64,000 bases of DNA from the human T2T-CHM13v2.0 reference genome, Homo sapiens. The notes beneath the pieces were generated by a model. That model was not told the origin of the DNA and did not search any database. It saw nothing but the letters and a program-made list of their open reading frames with translations. A program made the translations under genes and the position numbers. Every line of letters starts with the position of its first letter. Position 1 is the stretch's first letter. The stretch lies in the NCBI RefSeq assembly GCF_009914755.1, contig NC_060932.1; one strand, given 5' to 3'. Below are positions 49,037-64,000 of the stretch, one piece after another.

Positions 49037-49208
49037 CGGCAGTAATTATGTTTGCCCAGGCCCAGTGCCTGGGCACTGGGGTTCTGTGCTGTGTAAACCT
49101 TGCCTATCAGGATCATGGAATTCCACGGGAGGCAGGAGGCACCCGACTCGGTGAGGCTGTGCGTGCCACGGTAGGCTGACCCATTCCCAAAGTAGCAGTC
49201 ACTGTTTC
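49037..49208 (-). CDS. PLAT: PLAT exon 8 (kringle 2, first half)
   Basis: NSDCYFGNGSAYRGTHSLTESGASCLPWNS...LGLGKHNYC; 172 nt. Confidence 0.98.
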
Positions 49209-49353
49209 CTAGAAGAAAAGAATTCTCAAACTGAAACAAAAACAAATTCTGAAGCACGCAAGTCAGGGCTGGGGCTTGAAGCGGAGCTGCCGGTCGAGGA
49301 AGCTGGAGGCCGCTAGCCCGGCACTGAGAAGAGTGTAACACCTCACACTTCCC

Positions 49354-50975
<1,622 letters not shown>

Positions 50976-51398
50976 TCTTGTAACTTAATATATATTTTTT
51001 CAATCTTGGAAGTTTTTTTTTTTTTTTTTTTGCATTAAAAAGTTTGAGAGGGAGCGAAAGAGAGACAAAGCCCCATTCACCCATTAATCAAAAAAGGGAG
51101 AATCTCCATTCATTCTCAAAAGGACTGAAAACCACTGATTCAGCCCCATCCTCTCCTCCATAGAGGAGGAAATTGAGGGTCAGAGTGTGAGGAGATCAGC
51201 TCCAGGTCAGACAAATAGCCAGTCAGAGGCCAAGCCCAGGCACAGACCTAAGTCCTGTCTTTCTTCCCTCTGCAACCAAAATGACTCACTCCTGGCCTCC
51301 CCCTTTCTCCCCTCAGGTGCAGGAGGGCTATCGGCCTGTCCTCCTGGACTTTCCTCCCCCAGGGACATTCAGGGAAAGGCGGGGTGGCTGCCACTTAC

Positions 51399-51490
51399 CC
51401 TCAGAGCAGGCAGGGGTGCTGCAGAACTCTGAGCTGTACTTCCCCGCCTTAAAGACGTAGCACCAGGGCTTTGAGTCTCGATCTGGGTTT
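51399..51490 (-). CDS. PLAT: PLAT exon 7 (kringle 1, second half)
   Basis: NPDRDSKPWCYVFKAGKYSSEFCSTPACSE; 92 nt. Confidence 0.97.
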
Positions 51491-51534
51491 CTGAAAAATC
51501 AGCCAAGGGAAGGGCCAGGGTAGGTCAAAGGTGA

Positions 51535-52020
<486 letters not shown>

Positions 52021-52354
52021 TAGTCTTATATGTCAACTTGGCCAGGCTGTGGCACCCAGTCAGTTAACCAAACATTCATCTAGGAGTTGTGAAAGTGTTT
52101 TATAGATGTGGTTAATATCTACAGCCAGTTGACTTTAGAAAAGGAAATTGTCCTAGATAATGTAGTTGGGCCTCGTCCAATCACTTAAAGGCCTTAAGAG
52201 CAAATATGAGGTTTCCTGAATAAGAAATTCTGCCTTAAGAGAGCAGCCTCAGCTTCTGCCTGCACTTCCAGCCTGGCTTACCAAGATGTTTCGGACTTGC
52301 CAGCCCCCACGATCCTGTCAGCCAGTTCCTTAACATAAATGTCTATCTATCTAG

Positions 52355-53004
52355 TGTGAAAGGAAAATAAATCTCAGGACCCCAACGTCATGAGCCAAGG
52401 GAAATGTCAAGCCGGGAACTACGTCAGGCAAACCTGCCTCTCATTTATTCCTCAATAAGATAGCTGCAAAGTTTTTTTTTTTTTTTTTTAATTCTCTACA
52501 AGGACATTCCTTGCAGGCCTAAAGATCTTTACCCTAAAACAGTTCTGTTGACTTTCACCTTGGCATTGTAAATGGATAGCTTATCTTCCCAGGTGCAGGA
52601 CAGAAAATCATCCCTCTGCTCATCTGAGACAAATGCGTATCTGATTGCTTCCTCTGCCCTATTTTTTATGTAAAAATGCAGATGAACTGAGCCAGACTCA
52701 ATTGTGTGTTCAGTGAAAAGCTGATCAAGGACTCAGAATACAGCCTTTTGTCTCTTATCTACCTATGGCCTGGAAGCCCTTGCTTCGAGTTATCCCAACT
52801 TTCCCGACCAAACCGATGTACATCTCACACATGTTGATTGATGTCTCATGACTCCCTAAAACGTCTAAAGGCAAGCTGTGCCCTGACAACCTTGGGCACA
52901 TGTCCTCAGGACCTCCTGAGGCTGTGTCACGGGGGTGTCCTTAACCTTGGCAAAATCAACTTTCTAAATCGATTGAGACCTGTCTCAGATACTTTGGGTT
53001 CACA
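52355..53004 (+). mobile_element. MER4-family (ERV1) solo LTR
   Basis: tgtgaaaggaaaataaatctcaggacccc...ttgagacctgtctcagatactttgggttcaca. Confidence 0.8.
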
Positions 53005-53009
53005 CACAT

Positions 53010-53602
53010 TCTCTCTCTCTCTCTATTTCTCTCTCCTCTTTCTCTATCTCTATCTCTCTATCATCTATCAATCTGTCTATCATCTATCTATCTATCATCT
53101 ATCATCTTACATCTACTATCACCTATGTATCTATCATCTATCAATCTTCTATCATCTATCAATCTATCTATCACCTATCATCTATCATCTATCATCTATT
53201 TATCATTATCATCTATGTATCATCTATTTAATCATCTATCAATCATCTATCATCTGTCAATCTGTCTATCATCTATGTGTCTATCATCTATGTATCTATC
53301 ATCTATCTTTCTAATCATCTGTCTATCATCTACCACCTATCATCTATCATCTATCCATCTATCATCTATCTACCATCTATCATCTATGTATCTATCATCT
53401 ATTTATCAATCATCTATCAATCTATCATCTATCTATCACCTATCATCTGTCTATCTGTCATCCATCTACCGTCTATTTATCATCTATCTATCATGTATGT
53501 ATCATCTATTTATCTAATCTATCACCTATCATCTATCATCTATCAATCTATCATCTATCACCTATCATCTATTATCTGTCTATCATCTATCCATCTATCC
53601 AT
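53010..53602. repeat. Complex (TCTA)n/(TCTATCA)n simple repeat, ~590 bp
   Basis: Directly visible degenerate 4-mer/7-mer array preceded by (TC)n. Confidence 0.95.
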
Positions 53603-53711
53603 CCTGTATTGGTTATGTTTCTTGGGAGAACCCTGACGGATCTGACAGAATCTTTCCCCAGCTGTAGCAGCTTCTCACAGGGGGAATCCCTCCTTGGGGA
53701 TGTGCCCTCAC

Positions 53712-53886
53712 CTGCAGTAGTTGTGGTTCCCCAGGCCCAGCCTGATGGCGTCTGGCCTCCGCCCGCTGTAGGGCTTCTGGGCCAACGCGCTGCTGTTCCA
53801 GTTGGTGCACTCGGCGCCACTCTCCGCTGTGCTCCACGTGCCCCTGTAGCTGATGCCCTGGTCCTCGTAGCACGTGGCCCTGGTAT
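53712..53886 (-). CDS. PLAT: PLAT exon 6 (kringle 1, first half)
   Basis: TRATCYEDQGISYRGTWSTAESGAECTNWNSS...LGLGNHNYC; 175 nt. Confidence 0.98.
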
Positions 53887-54219
53887 CTGACAGAGAGCAG
53901 GGCATGGATGCCTCACATGGGAGTCCCCTTTCATTCAGCCCTCAGGAGGCTCCCCTCTCTGCCCCGTCCTCCCCCAGGCCTGATGCAGGCTGGCTCGGAA
54001 GCCACAGGCTGGGTGGCAAGGGTGCCAGCCTGGATTCAGGGTCACACCTAGGCTCTGCTTGCTGTGTGGCACTGTGCTTCCTGACCCATGGCAGAAGCGC
54101 CTTCCCTGTCCCTGGCCCCCACCCCTGGCCCTGCCATCGCACCCTGCCTTTCCTTCCGGGGGCGGGGGAGACTGGAGAGGTGGGATTTCAGCTCGTTTCA
54201 CGTGCTCTCACCTACTCAC

Positions 54220-54330
54220 CTATTTCACAGCACTTCCCAGCAAATCCTTCGGGGCACTGGCACACGAAATCTGAGAAGTACAGGGCCTGCTGGCAGGTGC
54301 CCCCGTTGAAACACCTTGGCTCGCTGCAAC
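54220..54330 (-). CDS. PLAT: PLAT exon 5 (EGF domain)
   Basis: CSEPRCFNGGTCQQALYFSDFVCQCPEGFAGKCCEI; 111 nt. Confidence 0.98.
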   Translation of the reverse strand, partial: VAASQGVSTGAPASRPCTSQISCASAPKDLLGSAVK

Positions 54331-54454
54331 CTGTCAAGTATAAAAAAGGAAGCCCCTAATGACAGCCTCCTTCTGTGTGCTCAGGCCATGGTTCCAGGAG
54401 CCCTGTCTACCACAATCCACACACACTCAAGTCCTGCAGCGTGGAACACGCGTA

Positions 54455-54563
54455 TACCAGTTCTGCATCCTACAAATACTGTTTTCATCCTGCCTTTGGT
54501 TGAAAAAAATCCATACATAAGTGGACCCTGCAGGTCAGACAAGTGTTGTTCAAGGGTCCCCTG
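54455..54563 (-). mobile_element. Tigger/MER8-like fragment
   Basis: ttgaaaaaaatccatacataagtggaccc...gtgttgttcaagggtcccctg|ta. Confidence 0.55.
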
Positions 54564-54924
54564 TATTTTCAAAGCAGCTCCAAGGATGATGTGAGTTAAA
54601 ATATTAAGAATGTGCTCTATGTGCCAGGCGCTGTTGTACAGTCTACAAAAATTAGCTAATTTAATCCTCACAGCAAACCATGAAGTGTGTACTGTTATTC
54701 CCACCTCTTTATAGATGAGGAAACTGAGGCAAGCGGGCATTTGCCCAAGGTCACTTGGTCTTGCTCCCTTTTCTGCTTGTACCTTCACCTCCGCCTAAGG
54801 CCGAACAGGCCTGGAGGCTCCTTTTGAAGATTTGAACTTTCCGGGGACCATGAAAGACAGGGTTCATGACTGGACCCCTGAACTCGAAGTCTCAGTTTGA
54901 AGTCGATTTGTACTGGGCTTTTCT

Positions 54925-55236
54925 GTGTTTTTGTTTTTGTTTGTGTTGTTTTGTTTTGTTTTAGAGGTGAGGGCTTGCCCTGTCACTGAGGTTGAAATGC
55001 AGTGGCACAATCGTAGATTACTGCAGCCTCCAACTCCTGGGCTCAAGTGATCCTTCTGCCTCAACCTCCCAAGTAGTTGGGACTACATACCAGGTCTGGC
55101 TAATTTTTTTATTTTTTGTAGAGACAGGGGACTTGCTATGTTTGCCCAGATTGGTCTTGAACTCCCGGGCTCCAGCGACCCTCCCACCTTGGCCTCCTAA
55201 AGTGCTGGGATCACAGGCATGCACCACCTCCCAGCC
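54925..55236 (-). mobile_element. AluJ starting ~11 nt after the PLAT exon 4 donor
   Basis: Diverged Alu consensus. Confidence 0.88.
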
Positions 55237-55247
55237 TCAGTACATAC

Positions 55248-55385
55248 TTTTGACAGGCACTGAGTGGCACTGTGCCCTGCCACTGTTGCACCAGCAATAT
55301 TCCACCCGGTTGCTTCTGAGCACAGGGCGCAGCCATGACTGATGTTGCTGGTATATCATCTGCGTTTTTTCATCTCTGCAGATCA
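55248..55385 (-). CDS. PLAT: PLAT exon 4 (fibronectin type I finger)
   Basis: ICRDEKTQMIYQQHQSWLRPVLRSNRVEYCWCNSGRAQCHSVPVK; 138 nt, phase 1-1. Confidence 0.98.
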
Positions 55386-55548
55386 CTATGAGAAAAGACA
55401 GGCCAGCCTCATCAGAGTATGACTCAAAATGAAATGCCTCACTACCCTTGCACCTACTGAGAAAACTCCCTCACTTGCTTTCTATAGACTCCATTGCATA
55501 CTCCCTTATTGAAGAGACACAACTGGAAGACAACAAGATAATGAATAC

Positions 55549-56546
<998 letters not shown>

Positions 56547-57685
56547 CTTTTTCTCATTGTAATTCACCAAAAAATATATATATGCATAACTGTCTACCAG
56601 AGTTTTTTATCCACATAAGTATTACCACACAGAAATGATGCATTTTTGGCCCCAAAGAAAATTGACATTTTAGACTTTGCAGAAAATGTGCTACTTCTCC
56701 AAGTATTTTTGGCATAATGAAAATAGTTGAAGTACTCCCATTAATATTTTCATGCCATCTTTCTGTTTTCAAGCCAGAATGCCAACTTAAAAAACAACAA
56801 CTTTACTTTCAATTAATTAAAGAAGTAGCACGTGCCCACTGTAAGTCAGACCCTTGCTGCTTCTGAGGTCACTGAGGCCAGGATAACCTGGTAGGAAGCA
56901 GGATGCCATCCAACAACGAAGGCATTAAGAGTCCAGGTGTGACTCGCTCTGGGGAGTGAGTCACCCTTTTTAACACCTTCACAAAGGGTATTGCAGAGTC
57001 TTCCAGACTCGAAGGAACTGGGTCGTGAAGGAGGGAAATCGAGGGCCTAAGTTGGTAGTTTTGGACCTGAAGCTGGGCCTCGCATTCCTCAGCCTTCTAG
57101 AGTCAACTCTAGATGTGGACTTAGAGACCCCACCATGTCGAGGGGTTGCCTGGGTGGGACATCCCAGTTGGGACATCCCGGTTGGATCAACAGAGGGAAA
57201 TGGATACACAGGGATGTTGTTACCAAAGCTGCCGGTGCACTGTGGTGGGATCACAGCCTAGGATGAGACCCAGAGCATGGGCCTGGCCTCGGCTGTGACT
57301 GCCCTGGCCGTGCTGCTGGCGGCTGTGTGACCCTGGGCAAGCCACTTGCTCTCTCCTGGGCTCTGCCTTTTGATCTGTATAACCAGGACCTTGGGCCAGT
57401 GGCCGCCCCCCCCAGCCCCCGCTAGGTTGTGATCCCTGACAGCCTGGCTCCTTGGGGGGGAACACCTGTTTCTGCTCCCCTCAGAATCAGAACCCGCCCA
57501 GTGGCCGCAGCTGATGGGAGAATGGTGCCGACACAGGCATCTCTGTAGAATCATGCTGCAATGGCACTGTCACACCGTAGGCAGGTGGTGGGTGGAAGAA
57601 GGCAGGTGGTGGGTGGGTGATGCACCCTGCACCCCGCCCTGCCTCCCTCCCTGATGACCCCATGCACCCCTCAGCTTCACCCGAC

Positions 57686-57728
57686 CTTGGTAAGATCTGG
57701 CTCCTCTTCTGAATCGGGCATGGATTTC
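57686..57728 (-). CDS. PLAT: PLAT exon 3 (propeptide, furin site RFRR)
   Basis: EIHARFRRGARSYQ; 43 nt; cag|GAA...AAG|gtcggg. Confidence 0.97.
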
Positions 57729-57917
57729 CTGCGAAGAAACCAGAGGTGGAGGAAGGATCAGCACATGCCAGGTGTACTAAGAGTAAAGGCGGCCAACCCA
57801 GAAGCCCATGTGAACCTGCCGGCCAGATACCTCTGCTCAGAGACCCCCTCGGGTAACTGGCCCAAGTGAAAGTCCATCTCCTGCCTTCTAGTCCAATTCT
57901 TCCTCTCCTTCCTGACT

Positions 57918-58102
57918 GGCTCTGTCCAGAAGAGCTTTCTGCTTGGTGGAAATGTTTTCTGTCTGTGCTGTCCACGACAGAAGCCACACAGGGCCACCGA
58001 GTGCTTTGAATGTGGCCAGTGGGACTGAGAAACAATTTTTAACTTTAATTATTTTAAATTTAAACAGTTGCACAAGGTAAGTGGCCACCATATTGGGCAA
58101 TG
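57918..58102. mobile_element. MER3-like hAT-Charlie relic
   Basis: ctgtccagaagagctttctgc...tggaaatgttttct...aatgtggccagtgggactgag. Confidence 0.65.
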
Positions 58103-58310
58103 GAGTTGCAGCTGGCTGTCTACTCCACGCAGTCACCTGGCTCTCCCCGCTGTAGGGTCCTGTGGGAGAGGTGTGGTTAGTTTGGACTTCCGTGAGGCCC
58201 TTTATTGCTAGGCATTTTCAGAGAGTGTGTGTAGCGCTTCCATCTCAGCTAGAGAGTAGGCACCATGAGGGCAGTTTGCCTCTGCTGTGGCTCATGGCAC
58301 TTGCATTGCC

Positions 58311-59101
<791 letters not shown>

Positions 59102-59427
59102 TACTTTATGGATTAATTTGAATACATTCTTTAAAAACAGCTGCAAAAAAAGGCAGTCACAGGCAGGGAGTGGCATGTTAATTCCGCTTACTCAGGTCAA
59201 AATAAGTGCCTAGGGCCCAGCTACACACTGGGCCCCCAAATACAGAGTTTGCTGTACAGAAGGGAGTGTGTGCTGTGTGCTCCACAGCAATGCCAGCCCC
59301 TCGTCCCTGTGCCTCTCTGCTCCCTGACAGCATTCCAACCTCCGTGGCCCAGATGGACACAGACCCCTGGAGCCTCCGGAAGCATCACAGCCTTGAGGGG
59401 CGGGACACAGGGATCCTGCACACCAAC

Positions 59428-59499
59428 CTGGCTGGGCGAAACGAAGACTGCTCCACACAGCAGCAGCACACAGCAGAGCCCTCTCTTCATTGCATCCAT
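59428..59499 (-). CDS. PLAT: PLAT exon 2, coding part (signal peptide; exon spans 59428-59525)
   Basis: [24 protein letters not shown]; acceptor ttccag| at 59526; donor CAG|GTTGGT. Confidence 0.98.
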
Positions 59500-59689
59500 G
59501 ATTGCTTCACAGCGTCCCTTAAATTCTGGAAGGAGAGAAAAAACAGCTTGATCACGGGGTGCGAGAGGTCCATGATGGCAACAGAGGAGGATAAGCCGCA
59601 ATGTTGTCCTGTCTGGCTTCCTCCAGTGCCAGCCCCGCGGCAGAAACGCCAGACATGCATCTAGAAGAGGATTCTAGAAACTACATATT

Positions 59690-60790
<1,101 letters not shown>

Positions 60791-63700
60791 GAGATAATTT
60801 TGCCCAGAGATTTCTGTGGGCTGAAGGGCTAGACCATTTCTGAGACATCTTGGCAGCCCAGAGACCACAGCGCTCTGGCTTGGTTTCCTGGAAGGGAATT
60901 CCTGCCCTGGGCTTGACTAGATGGAGCCGCAGTCATGTCCTCTTGGACTTCTGCAGCGGAAGCCATTGGGATTTTATTGCCAGCACATCATAGAGCCAGC
61001 CTGCCTTAGACTGCTCAGGTTCCTCCACGCAGGATGGAGCCTACTCCCCTGCCTGAGGTTCTCCCCACAAAGCAGAGGCCCCCCAACCCAACCTCCACGC
61101 CCACCCCCCCCACCGCTCTGCCAGAACATCTGTCTCCTTTTTCATAGACTGCAGCAGATCCGGCAATGTGCATATTTGCAGGAAGGAGGGGAGGCAAATG
61201 ATGTTTGGTCGGAAGACTCAGATCTTCCTGGACCCCAGAGCCCCAGTTTCCATCTGCCTCTCCTCTGTGATCCTGCCCTCGGCAGCTAAAAGTAGGTTAG
61301 TCGGCCGGGTGTTATTTTGTGGTCTGGCGGCCTGTTCCCTCCTTCATCCACAAAAATTAAAGCATGGCATTTCTTTCCCTGACTCATTTCCCTTCGGTCA
61401 CAACAACTTCAGGTCCCACCCTCCCCCTCCCCCTCCCCCGAGCGTCCTAGGGGCCTGGAGGCACAGGGGCTTCCAGGCCTTGCCTCCCTGCCTGGGTCCG
61501 GCTCTGGATCTTTGATTGTTACTTCGAAACGAACTCCCCCGTGGGAGGTGCTGATCACCCTCCTTGCCTCGCTACATTTCATGCCTGACAGATTCTCCCC
61601 GGGCTCCTGTGTCAGGCAGAGGAGCTTAGGGAGAGGGCGAGGGAAACCTGCAGGAGGCTCCGGGTACAGCAATTCCAATGAGAAAACACAGCTCAGAGGG
61701 AGGCTCGCCAGCGTGGCATCCTCTCAGCCTCCCTGCACCTGTCCCATCAGGAGGGAACAGAAGTGCCATCTCCAGCCTTTGAGCCCGCAGTGCCCAAGGT
61801 CTCCCTGGAGTGCGCTCTTTGGGTGTCCCTTTCTCCCCGGGAGGAAGCAGCTGTGCTACTCCCTGGCTCCAGGCAGTTTCAGAAGAAAGGGAGTCAGGAG
61901 CCAAGGCCACCCAGAACAGGAGTGCGGGGTGGAATCTTCTCATCACAGAGACTTACTCCAGATCTTCTCTTTCTCAGCTTTCCTCAAATTTCCTGTTTCT
62001 CAAAACTGCCCAAAATTCCTCTTAAATTCCCCTTTTAAATTTTATCCCATTACTTAATCTTGTAAAAATAGCTCATGTGAAACTCCCTCCCCATTTCTCC
62101 TTGATGTTCATGTATCTCTAGGTTGCCCCACTCCTTACTCTTAAGCAAGACCCAAGGATGGTGAGAGCTCCCACCTCACAGGAATTGTGAATGAAACAGC
62201 AAACGAGTGAGTACAAGGAACTTGACCTTCTTCATCACGCTGTCCACACCACCCAGCCCTCTCGATAGGCTCCTGCACCCCAGCCTGGGATACAGTTTGG
62301 GTGTTTTTTCCAGATGCCCACCAAGTTACTTCTTTATTTCAAGAACTCAAAGTCCTTCCAAAAGGAATGCAATCCCAGATGCCGGGAAACTGCAATGTGA
62401 AGAGTGCAGTATGGACATGTTGGCATTGCCTGGGAACATCCCCCTTTCTGGATAACTAGGGGTGGGGGGACCAGATGGAGGAGAAGCACGACCTAGGGCT
62501 GGTCCACACATACCACCCGCTGCATCATGTTCAACCCTTTTGCAACTGAACGGTCTGAATAAGAGATAAGAGAGCAGGAGCATATTTTTGTCTTTGCTCC
62601 TGAGAGAGTTGGAGACTTGTCTCTTCTCTTCCTTGGCTTCCCTGGACCTTCCTGCGCCTTGAGCTGATTCAATGCAAGTGAATCTCACCCCAGCAGGGCG
62701 ATAGCTCTGTCCGCATCACACAGAGGCGATTCGAGCAGCTGAAAAGGCCAAGTGGGGTAAGAGATGACAAAGAAATGAGTCATCCGGCCAGCAGAAAAAC
62801 AGTGCAGTCTGAAAACAAGAAAGAGCGAAGAGAGGGAGGAAAAATGAGTCCTTGTTTCGCCTTCGCTGAAGAGGTGGGCGTCGAGGTCTGGGGCCAGTGA
62901 CGGGATGCAGAGCAGAGTGAAAGCCAGAACAATGGACTCAGACTCGGGACCGCAGGGCGTGGCTGGGATGGACTTTGGGCCTCACCAAAGGGAGGTCCAT
63001 GAGTGCTCTGGCGAGACCCGGGTGAGAGATGACATTGGCGGAAGGGATGGAAGAGGCTCATTTTTATAAATAGACTTCTAATTTTGTTCTGTGTTATCTC
63101 CCTTTTGCTATATTTAGTAGCTTCTCAGGATCATCAAAGAACTGAAAAAAAAAAAGGCAAATGAGAAGAAGGAAGGAAGGGGGTAGGAAGGGAGGCACAG
63201 AAGGATAGAAAAGGAAAAAAAAGAAAGGATGAAAGAAAGGAAGGCCCCAAGGTTGGCTGACTTTTGCTGGGCTGGAATCCAGAATCACTGTATGAGAGGA
63301 GAGGTGGAATGCTGGTCCCCAAGACCCCAAGGCCTAGCCCTGTCAGGCCACCCTAGCACACAAAGTTGATTTTTGCAGATTTGCAAAAGGTACCCTCTCT
63401 GTTGGATGAAGTTCAGCAGTCTCAGGGCATGGCAGGTTGACAAAGAATCTGTGCAAATTAGAAAAAACAGAGTCCGTGGGTTGGCTGATAGAGTGCAGCC
63501 CGGATCTGAAGGATGTGTGTGTAGGCACCTGTGTGTAGGACACAGCCAGCATATCTGTGCTCGGCCAGCCCTGTCTGCTTCCAACCTGCATGTGCATCCT
63601 GCAGAGCAGCTCTGACCTTCCTGCCTGGAAGCCGTGTTTGGTCTGTTGGCTGTAGCAACCAGAGTGACTCTGTTCCTGGGCCCTGCCAAACAACCTGTGA

Positions 63701-64000
63701 ATGATGACTGTTCTTGGGGAAAACGGGAACAATAGTCTGGTAACCAGGAAGTGGGGTACCGTGCTGTAAGCTCACTTTCCTGGGAGATGTACTGTTTCCC
63801 AGAGCCAAGGATGCATGCCGTTTTGGCTGAGAAATTGATGATCATGCCAACCAGAAAGGTGGTGTTCATTTCTTTGGTGGCCACATGGGGAAATGATGGT
63901 CGATGGGCACCAGTGAGTAACTGATTCTGGATTGGGCACAGCCCCTGGAAAGGAGGAGGCCAGCTGGAGGAGGGACAGGGGAAAGTCAGTGGGGTGCTGT

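Noticed and set aside
53050-53600. Possible CRISPR-like or coded array
   Set aside because: No constant repeat with unique spacers; it is a degenerate microsatellite in a eukaryotic intron
52838-53636. Ile/Tyr/His/Leu/Ser-rich ORFs
   Set aside because: Translation of the TCTA/TCTATCA simple repeat

Overview
Human (primate) genomic DNA, recognisable as the AP3M2-PLAT locus on chr8p11.21. It holds the complete AP3M2 gene (AP-3 mu3B subunit) on the + strand: CpG-island promoter at ~18.5-20.1 kb, non-coding exon 1, and 8 coding exons that splice to 1257 nt (418 aa + stop). Convergent on the - strand are exons 2-14 of PLAT (tissue plasminogen activator), whose 13 coding exons splice to 1689 nt (562 aa + stop); exon 1 lies beyond the right edge. 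All coding junctions were read as GT-AG and keep frame. The rest is about 45 Alus, L1/L2 fragments, LTRs, DNA-transposon relics, a 3'-truncated U2 snRNA retrocopy and an orphan CpG island at ~6.2-7.3 kb. I see no CRISPR array, prokaryotic feature or convincing new multi-gene system. The best leads are regulatory and inferential: a candidate poison/in-frame cassette exon in AP3M2 intron 2, the orphan RFX-box CpG island with a possible minus-strand transcript, inverted Alus around the PLAT finger exon, and a CPE next to the PLAT poly(A) signal. Repeat subfamily names come from memory of consensus sequences and their boundaries are approximate.
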